From assembly GCF_003918875.1 (NCBI RefSeq), contig NW_025765647.1, positions 1,674,001 to 1,738,000 on the forward strand: a DNA stretch of 64,000 nt. Direction: 5' to 3'. This DNA is from Haliotis rubra. Lineage: Eukaryota. Below are positions 25,960-37,949 of the stretch, piece by piece. The notes beneath the pieces are model-generated. The model searched no databases. It was not told where the DNA came from and was given only the letters and a program-made list of their open reading frames with translations. Numbering within the stretch: the first letter of the stretch is position 1; every line of letters starts with the position of its first letter. The position numbers were made by a program, and so were the translations under genes.

Positions 25960-28410
25960 CAGTGATACACTGTCATGTAGAAGCCTCGCATTAGTGATAC
26001 ACTGTCATGTAGAAGCCTCGCATCAGTGATACACCGCCATGTAGGAAGTCTACCATCAGTGACACAATGTCATGTAGGAAGCCTTTACCAACCGTGATAC
26101 AGTGTCATGTAGGGAGCCTTCGTCATCAGTGATACACTGTTATGTAGGAAGCCTTTACCATCAGTGATACAGTGTCATGAAGGAAGACTTTGTCATCAGT
26201 GATACAGTGTCATGTAAGGAGCCTTTAACAACAGTGATACAGTGTCATGTAGGGAGCCTTTACCAACAGTGATACAGTGTCATGTAGGGAGCCTTTACCA
26301 ACAGTGATACAGTGTCATGTAGGAAGCCTTTACCAACAGTGATACAGTGACATGTAGGGAGCCTTTACCAACAGTGACACAGTGTCATGTAGGGAGCCTT
26401 TACCAACAGTGATACAGTGTCATGAAGGAAGCCTTTGTCATCAGTGATACAGTGTCATGTAGGAAGCCTTTACCAACAGTGATACACTGGCTTGTACGAA
26501 GCCTAGCATCAGTTATACACCCTCATGTAGGAAGCCTTTACCAACAGTGATACAGTGTCATGTAGGGAGCCTTTACCAACAGTGATACAGTGTCATGTAG
26601 GGAGCCTTTACCAACAGTGATACACCCTCATGTAGGGAGCTTTTACAAACAGTGATACAGTGTCATGTAGGGAGCCTTTACCAACAGTGATACAGTGTCA
26701 TGTAGGAAGCCTTTACCAACAGTGATACACTGGCATGTAGGGAGCCTTTGTCATCAGTGATACACTGTCATGTAGGAAGCCTTTATCAACAGTGATACAG
26801 TGTCATGAAGGAAGCCTTTACCAACAGTGATACACCGGCTTGTACGAAGCCTAGCATCAGTTATACACCCTCATGTAGGAAGCTTTTACCAACAGTGATA
26901 CACCCTCATGTAGGGAGCCTTTACCAACAGTGATACAGTGTCATGTAGGGAGCCTTTACCAACAGTGATACACCCTCATGTAGGGAGCTTTTACCAACAG
27001 TGATACAGTGCCATGTAGGGAGCCTTTGTCATCAGTGATACACTGTCATGTAGGAAGCCTTTACCAACAGTGATACACCGTCATGTAGGAAGCCTTTACC
27101 AACAGTGATACAGTGTCATGTAGGGAGCCTTTACCAACAGTGATACACTGTCATGTAGGGAGCCTTTGTCATCAGTGATACACTGTCATGTAGGAAGCCT
27201 TTACCAACAGTGATACACCGTCATGTAGGAAGCCTTTACCAACAGTGATACAGTGTCATGTAGGGAGCCTTTACCAACAGTGATACACTGGCATGTAGGA
27301 AGCCTTTACCAACAGTGATACACTGGCATGTAGGAAGCCTTTACCAACAGTGATACAGTGTCATGTAGGGAGCCTTTACCAACAGTGATACAGTGTCATG
27401 TAGGAAGCCTTTACCAACAGTGATACACTGGCATGTAGGAAGCCTTTACCAACAGTGATACACTGGCATGTAGGAAGCCTTTACCAACAGTGATACACTG
27501 GCATGTAGGAAGCCTTTACCAACAGTGATACAGTGTCATGTAGGGAGCCTTTACCAACAGTGATACAGTGTCATGTAGGGAGCCTTTACCAACAATGATA
27601 CAGTGTCATGTAGGAAGCCTTTATCAACAGTGATACAGTGTCATGTAGGGAGCCTTTACCAACAGTGATACAGTGTCATGTAGGGAGCCTTTACCAACAG
27701 TGATACAGTGTCATGTAGGAAGCCTTTACCAACAGTGATACACCCTCATGTAGGAAGCCTTTACCAACAGTGATACAGTGTCATGTAGGGAGCCTTTACC
27801 AACAGTGATACAGTGTCATGTAGGAAGCCTTTACCAACAGTGATACAGTGTCATGTAGGGAGCCTTTACCAACAGTGATACACCCTCATGTAGGAAGCCT
27901 TAACCAACAGTGATACAGTGTCATGTAGGAAGCCTTTACCAACAGGGATACAGTGTCATGTAGGGAGCTTTTACCAACAGTGATACAGTGTCATGTAGGA
28001 AGCCTTTACCAACAGTGATACAGTGTCATGTAGGGAGCCTTTACCAACAGTGATACACTGTCATGTAGGGAGCCTTTGTCATCAGTGATACAGTGTCATG
28101 TAGGAAGCCTTTACCAACAGTGATACAGTGTCATGTAGGAAGCTATTAACAACTTTGATACACTGGCATGTAGGAAGCCTAGCAACAGTGATACAGTGTC
28201 ATGTAGGAAGCCTTTGTCATCAGTGACACACTGTCATGTAGGAAGCTATTACCATCAGTGATACGCTGTTATGTAGGAAGCCTAGCATCAGTGATACACC
28301 GTCAAGTAGGAAGCCTTCACTAACAGTGAAACAGTGTCATGTAGGAAGCTATTACCATCCGTGATACGCTTTTATGTAGGAAGCCTAGCAACAGTGAAAC
28401 ACTGTCATGT
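25960..28410. repeat. 35-bp minisatellite (~70 units)
   Basis: Unit cagtgatacagtgtcatgtagggagcctttaccaa starts at 26232, 26267 and onward. Confidence 0.95.
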
Positions 28411-28487
28411 GATAAGCGTTTGTCAGCAGTAGAACACAGTCGAATAGGAACAGCCTTTATGTGCACCAGTTATGTAGAGTTGCTGCC

Positions 28488-28535
<48 letters not shown>

Positions 28536-28543
28536 GAAGATGA
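28488..28543. repeat. (GAT)n microsatellite
   Basis: Direct inspection. Confidence 0.95.
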
Positions 28544-29262
28544 TAAGGGTAACACTGGTCATGCAATATGCGCATACCTGTCTCACATACTATTTCTATT
28601 CGAAAGTACAAATTTGCCGAGTCTAAATATCCCATATGATGTTTCAAACAAAACAAAAACAGACTAAAACGCAAACAGAATCATACTGGTTCCATCACGA
28701 TCAGGCGGGTCTCTTGTTTGATCAAGTTTGTTGACGAATGGCTTTAATGGACAATTCGGCTTCACTGTATGCTGCCCTAAGTAAGAGTGTACACGTATAT
28801 TGACAATTCCCTTATGAACCCGTCCCTGAATTACAAAGTCGGACACACTGTAAACATTGTGCTCATTATTTAAACAACCAGTGGGACGAATAACGTTACA
28901 TAATGCGCATATTGAACAGCTTGAATGTATTTAACTTCACTGCATGTTTGAAGCAAAACAATTCCATGAATGTAGTCAAATGTGTCTGATGAAATGAATA
29001 ATTACTCAACAATGAATTGTTGAAAGGTGTTAAAAGACTATTTTTTGTTTGATTTCTTTCAGAAGCGGGATACATATATTTGTTTGGGGGCGAAATTGGG
29101 TCTAAATGAAGCTTTCTCACTGACTGATATTATCGAAGCATTTTTTCAAAATCATCTGATGTAACTGATCAGTTCGATGTCAGGACAAAATGTTTGAATA
29201 ATATTTTAACGACCGTTAATCAACGGAAGTAATCAAATATTATCGGCACATCCACGTATGAT

Positions 29263-29410
29263 GGGGGCGGTGGGGGTAGCCTAGTGGTTCGTCACGCCGA
29301 AGACCCGGGTTCGATTCCCCACATGGTACAATGTGTGAAGCCCATTTTGTTATGTCCCCTCCGTGATATTGCTGGAATATTGCTAAAAGCGACGTAAAAC
29401 TAAAGTCACC
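29263..29410 (+). mobile_element. SINE family A copy
   Basis: tRNA-like A and B boxes (tagcctagtgg, ggttcgattcc) plus body and tail. Confidence 0.82.
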
Positions 29411-29559
29411 GTCAGGCGGGGTAGCAATAAGTACCATTTTTTAACGTACTTTGGGATGAGTTGGCCATCGAATCATTGGTACAGACACAACAGGACTCTA
29501 TTCACTCAGTCACGGATGCATTCTCTCAGTAACAATTTGTTTTTGTTATTTACAGATTC

Positions 29560-30495
29560 AGATAAATAAAAGCAGTAAAGAATGTTGGGCTGATCCTGGC
29601 ACAGTCAGGCTGATTGAGATCGTCAGTTCAGGGACCTTGCCCCTTCTACACGCAGCCCAAACAGCGAATGGGACTTCTCCCAGGAAGCGCTTCCCAGTCG
29701 AACCATCAAGAAGGAGGAAGTGAACACTCTCCAAAACAACAACCTTCTGCATGTCCCAGAGATGCTGAAGAGATTTGCTCCAAGTGGGAAGCCCCGGTAC
29801 GCTCCTTATTGAGTGAGTGAGTGAGTGAGTTAGTTAAGTTTTACGCCGCTTTTAGCAATATTCCAGCAATATCACAGAAATGGATTCACACATTTTACCC
29901 AGATGGGGAATCGAACATGGGTTTTCGGCGTGACGAACGAACGCTTTAACCACTAGGCTACCCCACTTTCGCAATAGATCAAGAGGTACCAATCCAGGTA
30001 CACCAGGAACATAGGGGCATGGTTTGAAGAATGCAAACGTAACATTTCAAAGGCGAGATCCGCATATTTATCATGCTTTTCCTGAATCCTGCCAATCACA
30101 TTGCTTTCAAAAGGGACAGAAAATTCAATAACATAAATAACTCATTTATTATTTTATGAAAAAGGACAAAATCATGTTTGTCCGGAGTTTTCCGTAGGTT
30201 GTAAATGGACTTATTCCAAAGACGTTTACAAGCTTCTTTTTCCATGACATTTTCAGGTTGGTAACATGGATGGACCAAAGAGCAATGGCAGCGTGTCGTT
30301 TAAGGTACATTTGTATTCTGTTTGTGCCAAGGAAGGACACCCACTGACAATGTGTTGAACAGTCTCAGCGAATTCATTACGCAGTCGACATTTAATAATA
30401 ACATTCTCTCTAAGAATCACAATTAGGTGATTATGAGTGGAAAACTGTCTAGCACTGGGCAGCAAAAAGAAAGCCCCACCAGCCGATTTCATGAG
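29560..30495 (-). mobile_element. R4/Dong-like (RLE) LINE 3' fragment in channel intron 2
   Basis: GFLFAAQ, ETVQHIVSGCPSLAQTEY and HDFVLFHKINE. The 3' region is homologous to 39640-39850. Confidence 0.85.
29810..29968 (-). mobile_element. SINE family A nested in the R4/Dong fragment
   Basis: Reverse complement of family A with (GAGT)n. Confidence 0.82.
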
Positions 30496-30517
30496 AGACG
30501 TTAGTCATCAGTCTTAC

Positions 30518-31067
30518 CTTTATCCCGGCCGCCATGTTTTCTCTGAAAGTGTAATACTGCTGGGCAATGTTGTAGTTTATGATTAGGTTGGCACCGTTGC
30601 CGGAGTTCTTCACGTTGACAATGTCACTGGCGTTGAAGTTGAAGGTATGACAGAGACCCTCGTTGGTGAACACAGGTAGGAAATTGCTTGAACAGTCGAT
30701 ACTCTCTCCTCCGAAATAACACAGATGAAACAACGAAGAGGCATCCATCGACATGTTGGTCCACCAGTCTAACGACAACGGCTGCAGCATGATACCGTCA
30801 TCAATATCGTCGAAATTATATACGCCGCTGGACTTTTGTTGCAGGCTTGAGTCACGGAAATATGACTCAAGATCGGGGTAAGACGCAAGACGTGTCTTGT
30901 TGAGGGTGCATCTGTTGCAGATGGTGACGGCGGGAAATTCAATGGTGTTCCTGATCTTGTTTGTAACCTTAGTGGCGATAGGGTAGCTGTAGTAATCCCC
31001 AATCTCGCTCATCAGGTTGAAGATGAGGAACCCCGTAGCACCACATACAGCCAATGTCCAAAGTATT
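30518..31067 (-). CDS. DEG/ENaC channel exon 2 (TM1, palm/finger)
   Basis: attcag acceptor and gtaaga donor, phase 2/0. ILWTLAVCGATGFLIFNL, EFPAVTICN, FTNEGLCHTFN and AAGIK. Confidence 0.95.
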
Positions 31068-31102
31068 CTGAATATAGAAACATGGCGAGTTCATTATACA
31101 TG

Positions 31103-31252
31103 TAGGGGTGGAGGGGTAGTCTAATGGTTAAAGCGTTCGCTCGTCACGCCGAAGACACACATGGGTACAATGTGTGAAGCCCATTTCTGGTGTCCCCTGC
31201 CGTGATATTGCTGGAAAATTGCTAAAAGCGGCGTAAAACTAAACTCATTCAC
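31103..31252 (+). mobile_element. SINE family A with a 12-bp TSD
   Basis: tcattatacatg at 31091-31102 and 31253-31264. Confidence 0.85.
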
Positions 31253-31377
31253 TCATTATACATGGCGTTTTCTCCCGTAACACCTAACATAAGAGCATCA
31301 CCAACGTCCACCAACTACAGAGGGTTTACGAAGGTTGTCTGGTTTATCAGTCAGTGATCAAAGCCTCTTGGCCGACG

Positions 31378-31480
31378 AACCCGTGAAGATGCACTTTAGA
31401 ACTGTGGTCTTCAGCAACCCATGCTGACGGTCAGAAGGGATCGGGTGGTCAGGCTCGCTGACTTGGTTGACACATGTCAA
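31378..31480 (+). mobile_element. SINE family B, 5' fragment
   Basis: ggtcttcagcaacccatg...gggatcgggtggtcaggctcgctgacttggttgacacatgtca. Confidence 0.72.
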
Positions 31481-32299
31481 CACCTCAGACTCTTAAGACA
31501 AGTATGGGTTGACGGAGAACAGTTCCAGTCCTGTTCTTCACGGGTTAGAGGTAATGAAGCCAAATCTATAAAAGCGTTTGCTCGTCATATCGAGGGCCAC
31601 CTACCCGAACAGTCAATCCGTCCATCAACCAGTAATCCATGTGATATGCAATAAGAGTTATCACAAACTTCACAGGATTAGAATTGGGAGATACCAGAAT
31701 TTTACCGAATTGAATCAAGACGTATTTCGTCAAGAAGGATGATTTTGTTCATGCACAAGGTCAAGGGCGCTCTTTACGGTAGCCACAAATATAAATTAAT
31801 GCTTGACGCTGCATCAGATATCAATATTTTATTCATTAGGAAAGACATGGCCTTTCTGGAAAGACGTATCTTTATTGGATTCAGTCTAATAAATATGTGT
31901 AAACTATTGGGGTGGATTAAGATCCACTGCACAAAGCCTTCCTAACGTTGTTATCACACGTATATTTAAAAAGAAGTATGTTAGTGCAGACACCGCTTTG
32001 CGAAACTGGGTCCGGTCCTGGAAGAGTTTGTTCAGCAGTAGGAGTTGCTGCTTAACACCAGAGGAAGAACACGTGCTACGTTTCACCAAATACTCCCGTC
32101 GACTTAAATATACTAGGTGTCGTTAATAAAGGGTCAAATGATATATAGCACATGTAAAGAAAAGTTTCTCAAAAAATAATGAGTGTCATCATAATGTTTA
32201 ATGTGTTTACAAACGTGACACATTGTGACATACACATGAAAAGTTCAAACAGCACTAGCAAACAGCAACCAACCCCTCAAATGACAAACACGAAGCACT

Positions 32300-32700
32300 C
32301 GGTCATTCGATATCTTGTGTACCCTCCTCGAGCGTCCAATCTTGACACAGGTGCACCTTGTTCTCATGCTCCTTATCAAGTTCATAAAGAAAGCTTGCGG
32401 AATCGCATTCCATTCCTCTATTAGACCTCTGTGGAGTCCTGGGAGATCCACTGGTGCTGGGTGACGTGTGTACATCCTAGGCATGCTCTATTGGGTTGAG
32501 GTCTGGCGAGCATGCCAGTCGTCTTGCAGTAAAGAGAGTTGACAGTAAAAGCCATACATAGCATGAAATCTCTGCCACAGTCTACCAATATCACTCTGAC
32601 TCACATAAAAGCGGACAGCAACCTGCCGCTGAGTTTGACCAGATTCCAAAAGTACTGTAGTATGATCCCTTTCAGCAAGTGTCAAAAAACGTCTCATTTT
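32300..32700 (-). mobile_element. Internally deleted Tc1 relic
   Basis: MRRFLTLAERD...QRQVAVRFYVSQSDIGRLWQRF is joined to DLNPIE and LIEEWNAIPQ. Confidence 0.8.
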
Positions 32701-33086
32701 AAGCTGCGATTTCAAACAGGTAACTGAACAGGGAACGACAGCGAAAAAGCATCTATGCATGTGTATTGTCCTCCACTTTCCATGGATGGAGCGACTTGCA
32801 CGTGCAAATCATTGACATTAAGTGGCAGGTGGATTTCCATATTGACAATTTGAATAAATAATGTGCCATTTGTAACAGAATGTATCGGACGTCAAAGAAC
32901 GTAACAATGACATTTCAACGGCCTGATGTGTTCTTCCATACTTTCAAGAATGTTTGTAAAACATTCAGTTGTATATATTTCAAACAAAAACGAAGATTTT
33001 ACAACTTTTAAGAAAAAGTGTTACCAATACCTTGACCCTTCATTAATGACGCCGAGTATATATGTGACTTCAGGTCTTGTACCTAC

Positions 33087-33277
33087 CCACGAAAGGTGAA
33101 TCGACAAGTAGGTGTGGAGATCTTGTTGAATCCATGAATCGCGGTTGTTTGACAAAACTCCGTCCACAGGTCGCACAGTGTGTAGTTCGGAGGAGCAGCT
33201 TCCGCACCATTTGTCTCCGTTCCAGTCATCCCGTCTCCGCCCTTCGGCCTGCAAGCAGACGACAATATGGACGTCAT
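33087..33277 (-). CDS. DEG/ENaC channel exon 1 (N-terminus, HG motif)
   Basis: MTSILSSACR...LWTEFCQTTAIHGFNKI...FRG. The gtaggt donor is phase 2 and matches exon 2. The choice of start codon is uncertain. Confidence 0.88.
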
Positions 33278-33699
33278 TGTTTGGAGGATTAAAATTGAAT
33301 GTTTGTCTCCTGGGGTCAAGGGATTTCTGTATTGGATTGTAAGCGAATGCTGTATAGCACAATATTGATGAATTGTGGTATTGTGTGAACAATCCCTAGA
33401 TAAGATCAATGAATTCAGTTGATTTCTTTATTACATGAAAGGTTATAGGCTCATATAAAACGTTGACAAAGGGAATATTTAAAGGAGACAAAGCCTATAC
33501 CAGTTCTGCTCAAATTTAATTCTTTATAACCGTACTGTATTTACTAGAGATAGAAACAAAACATATTTAAAGAAATAGATCATGCGTTTAAACTAAATAC
33601 TGGTGTCTTGTCAGTTGCATGAATGTTTTATTTCATTACTGTTTCTAGTTTCTAAAGCCGAGGCGCCGGATGACTATGACCACGTGGTATTAGATTTGG

Positions 33700-33990
33700 C
33701 TGTTTGTTTGTTGTTTAACGCCGCGCTCAGCAATATTCAGCCATATTGCAGCGCTCTGTAAATAATTTAGTCCAGTGATCAACAGCATGAGCATTGATCT
33801 AAGCAACTGAGATACAATTACAAAGAAACTAACAAACCATCACAGCAAATCCAAAAGTACAAATGATTTTCCCGTTTACTACACATAAATGAAAGTTCCA
33901 TGTCGGTGGTCAGTAAATAATCGAGTTCGTACAAGACAATCCAGTGATCGACAGCATGAGCATCGACCTACGCAGTTGGGATACGATGAC
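33700..33990 (-). mobile_element. Two degenerate SINE family B 3' fragments
   Basis: tccagtgatc.acagcatgagcat occurs at ~33771 and ~33940. Confidence 0.65.
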
Positions 33991-34214
33991 AGAGAAACAG
34001 ACAAAGCATCACAGTAAATAAAAAATGTACAAAAGATGTGCTTCGTAAACCGCACATAAGTGAGCGAAGGAGCGAAGGAAAGACTAGGTGATTTTTGCTG
34101 TTCTCGGTGTCTCCGTATTTCCAAGACCAGCTCGCTCACCAGTTTTAAACCCTATTCAACACATGTGAGATCATCTACCACAGAACTGTCAACCACTGGA
34201 ACCCGCACGGTAGA

Positions 34215-34265
34215 TTCCCAATGACGTTATGAGGCGGTTGATGACGTCAACGTGGTTGCGTCATC
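34215..34265. promoter_or_regulatory. Cluster of CRE/ATF-like sites, candidate channel promoter
   Basis: TGACGTCA at 34242-34249, with TGACG half sites at ~34222 and ~34258 and CCAAT at ~34218, about 1 kb upstream of the ATG. Confidence 0.3.
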
Positions 34266-34393
34266 GGGCAGGCTTTGCTACTCGTGGTGGTCACACTCAC
34301 TACAGAGAAAGTATGGTATCTGTGAGCCAACTCAGACTGAACGAGACAATTACTGTTTCATTCTCATAATTACTAGTGTGTTCCTTATGACGT

Positions 34394-34540
34394 GGGGCGG
34401 TGGGTAACCTATTGGTTAAAGCCTCTGCTCTTCACGCTGAAGACCCGGGTTCGATTCCTCACATGAGTACAATTTCTGGTGTCATCCGCCGTGATATTGC
34501 TGGCATATTGCTAAATGCGGCGTAAACCCCAACTCACTCC
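34394..34540 (+). mobile_element. SINE family A copy
   Basis: Head, body and tail similarity to the other copies. Confidence 0.8.
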
Positions 34541-34596
34541 TGTTGACGTTACAAGCAGATACATGTTGAAACTCATTTGATATGATGCATGCAAAG

Positions 34597-34837
34597 AGTG
34601 AGTGAGTGAGTTGAGTTTTACGCCGCACTCAGCAATATTCAAGCTATATGGCGGCGTTCTGTAAATAATCGAGTCTGGACCAGACAATCCAGTGATCAAC
34701 AGCATGGACATCGATCTGCGCAATTGGGAACCGATGACATGTGTCAACCAAGTCAGCGAGCCTGACCCCCCGACCCCGTTAGTCGCCTCTTATGACAAGC
34801 ATGGGTTGCTGAAGATCAATTCTAACCCGGATCCTCA
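34597..34837 (-). mobile_element. SINE family B copy, near full length
   Basis: Homologous to the copies at 14073, 19396 and 42191. Confidence 0.85.
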
Positions 34838-35783
34838 CTGGTTGCATGCAATGTACATCATATACATCACTATTGAATAATCCTTTCATAAAGCTACTAT
34901 CAAACACTGGGTATATGTTTGCCCGCAGTTTAGCTCCATTTAAATCAATAATTTAATATATAGAACCCATGTGGTGATCAGCAATGATACATGTATGGCG
35001 TCACGACTGACATTTCTGGTCGAGTTCAGAAGATAAATTAGTTGTTAAAAGCAAGCAAAGCTATCCATATTGTCGAGACCATTGACGTACAGTCACATAT
35101 ATCACAACGTTATTTTGACACTCATCGGGTACTGGTGCCATATGGACCTCCAGCGGGGAAAACACTGACACTGAATGTGCCAATTCATATGCGTGGTATT
35201 TTAGTGAATGAGCAAATTTTGTATACGAAAGCAGCCCCTGAAAGGTTGACATGCATGTCAACGTCAAGAGCCGTTGTCATGAATCCATCCCAGCCGCACC
35301 GTCGGCGCCAATCGACCCCTGTTACAAACATGTACCATTTTTTCACAATGCACAAACCCTGAACAAAGAACCGATCTAAATGATGACGTCCACAAAAACA
35401 ATACCCAACCCATGAAACAACAAATATGCAAATCTCAATGCTGCAATGGTCTTTCGACAGAGCTAACTCGGGTTCCCCAGCGGTATCCAAATTCAGCAGC
35501 CTTTGTTTAGATACAATCCCCATTTCAGACACTTTGAGCAAACATTTTATTGATTTGTCCGGCTGAAGAAGTACCACAGGGGGATATAAAATGGCTAACT
35601 ATTATGATGAATCTGTAAAGCTCAGTTTTGTTTCATTAACTGCACTGATTGTCTCGGCAGTGATGCATGGTAGAACCTTCATCAGGAATGTGGTTTGAAG
35701 GGATTTAACTGCAGTGGTTGTTTGGCTATTGATGTGTGTCAGCGTCATCCTTCTATGTTATGTCAGGTTAGGGCATTAGGGTT

Positions 35784-35953
35784 TGGGGCGGTGGGGTAGC
35801 CTTGTATTTAAAGCGTTCGCTCGTCACGCCGAAGACCTGGGTTCGATTCCCCACATGGGTACAATGTGTGAAGCCCATTTCTGATGTACGCCGCCGTGAT
35901 ATTGCTGGAATATTGCTAAGAGCGGCGTAAAACCATACTCATTTACTCACTCA
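35784..35953 (+). mobile_element. SINE family A, full length
   Basis: tRNA-Asp-like head (cgtcacg loop, ggttcgattcccc) and an actcactc tail. Confidence 0.85.
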
Positions 35954-36029
35954 TCAGTTTTGGTGACTGTTCTGCCATAACTGTTTCATGTAAAATCTTT
36001 TGATTTCGGTTTTAGATAATATTATGGAT

Positions 36030-36240
36030 ATAGTTTTTTCGCGGGGGTGTCGGACCATACACGGCGCACCATTACGTCCCAGATGTGTTCAGTGGGTGGC
36101 AAACCAGGGGATCTTGTTGTCCAAGTGCAACTCATAAACATTTTTCTGACAATGATACTGCCGAACACCTCGAGCAACGGGTGTTCTGGAGTGTTGACAT
36201 TGATTGTTTTGATGAAAATATCTCTACCAGACAAATAGCG
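36030..36240 (-). mobile_element. Tc1 C-terminal relic
   Basis: WTTRSPGLPPTEHIWDVMVRRV. Confidence 0.6.
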
Positions 36241-36383
36241 TATTCATGGACTTTACATCGACGAGCAACGTGAAGGTGCGCGGTATTAGACTGAAGCTCC
36301 CATCTGTCAAATTGACAAACGTGTCGAACATGTTCCGGTACGATGGAAAGAGGTGGTTTTTTTTAAACTTTTGCACTTCTTAA

Positions 36384-37098
36384 AGGCACTATATGACACC
36401 ACACGTCTCTAAAAATAGATAATGTATTTCTCTCAATAATACTACCTATCAGCCCCAAGGAAAGCTAACATATGATTTATTTTTTAAAACATACGTATTT
36501 AGAATACAATATTAAATTATAAAGTTCGAATGAATTAATTCAACGTTGCATCAAATTGACTCTCGCGCCCTCTACCGACCGAATATTATTTCAAGCGAAC
36601 CCTATAGAGTTATGTCACTTGGAGTACGCTTTTCGAATATCCTATAACTCAACTTGGGATTGAAACCAGTTCGGCAAGCTCCGACGAGACTGTGTGCAAA
36701 AGTTTTCGATGTACGGAGTAATTGTTTATATTCCATAAATTGCAAGTGTTTGGAAGCTATTCGCCTCGAAGTTTCAATAATCGATTTCAGGCAAGTCGTA
36801 AGGGATAATAAGTGTTTTATTGCATCAATCGGAAACAAANNNNNNNNNNNNNNNNNNNNNNNNNNNNNNNNNNNNNNNNNNNNNNNNNNNNNNNNNNNNN
36901 NNNNNNNNNNNNNNNNNNNNNNNNNNNNNNNNNNNNNNNNNNNNNNNNNNNNNNNNNNNNNNNNNNNNNNNNNNNNNNNNNNNNTGTATTGATATAGATA
37001 GATAAATTATATATAGAGAGATAGAAAGATAGATAGATAGAAAGTATATATGTATATATGAGGCCAAAATATTGTTACAAATGCGTGACATTGTGCCT
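36384..37098. mobile_element. Kolobok-type MITE with TTAA TSD, spanning the N gap at 36840-36984
   Basis: ttaa|aggcac ... gtgcct|ttaa. Confidence 0.6.
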
Positions 37099-37949
37099 TT
37101 AAGCTGAAAGACTGCATTGAGTGGTATGGTGAGCGCCTGGTTGTCTGGATGTTTTTCTCGTATCTGTCATGCTTCTTGCACTTTTCGTTTCCAAATTAAA
37201 CTGCTTGGTTGAGTATATTCGACCACTTTAGCACACTCTTTCTCCGTTTACCAATGAAAACATGAACTATATTTCTTTTGGCGAACACCTGGTGTTATCA
37301 ATGAATATCATAAACGCACGCTGATGATATAGTCGGAGTCTTAACGCGAGAGATTCCTTTTGAATTTCGTCTTTAATCTCCAATTACTCGACTTCCATTA
37401 CTCCGTTTTGTTGCCATCATTATCCATATCTTTCTATTTTAAAATGCAACCAAACTCCTTTTCACAATCAATTCAATATTCATTATTGTATGAATTGTTA
37501 CATTTGAAAACATTGGTATCTTCATGTTAATACTGCATCACGCTTTTCTTATAAGAACGACTACTATCGTCTCAGGAACAGCGTAAATTGAATCGGATGA
37601 CGCTGTCACCTAAAATAATAGTTTATCTAATATTTGGCATCACTTGCAGTAAAAAATCATTGTTTATTCTTCATCGCAGAAAAAAAAGACATCATACTTT
37701 TTCGAAATTATTGAAACAATATTCAGCACTGTTATTTTTGCCTCTGATGTTTTGTGTAACTGATCAAAGGTGAGCTTCTAAATAACGTTAGTATGACATT
37801 AAACTGACTAATCAATTTGTGCTTAATATATGTCAAAATTTGGTGTTACGTGGGTAGATTAGCTAAGTGGATATTATTTTACGCGTATAAACAAATTATG
37901 TTTAAGACAAGGTCGCTCAGAGGTATTTTCACCAGAAATCGGTAATAGC

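Noticed and set aside
22890-28410. Regular arrays resembling CRISPR
   Set aside because: These are head-to-tail tandem units with no unique spacers, no cas genes, and a eukaryotic intron context.
28420-28674. Poly-M, poly-H and poly-D ORFs
   Set aside because: They are translations of the (GAT)n microsatellite.
13379-33277. Assigning the gene symbol ASIC or FaNaC
   Set aside because: The family is clear but orthology is not, and diagnostic residues differ from both.
35784-35855. tRNA-Asp-like gene
   Set aside because: It is the head of a multicopy SINE with an imperfect cloverleaf, continuing into the SINE body and tail.
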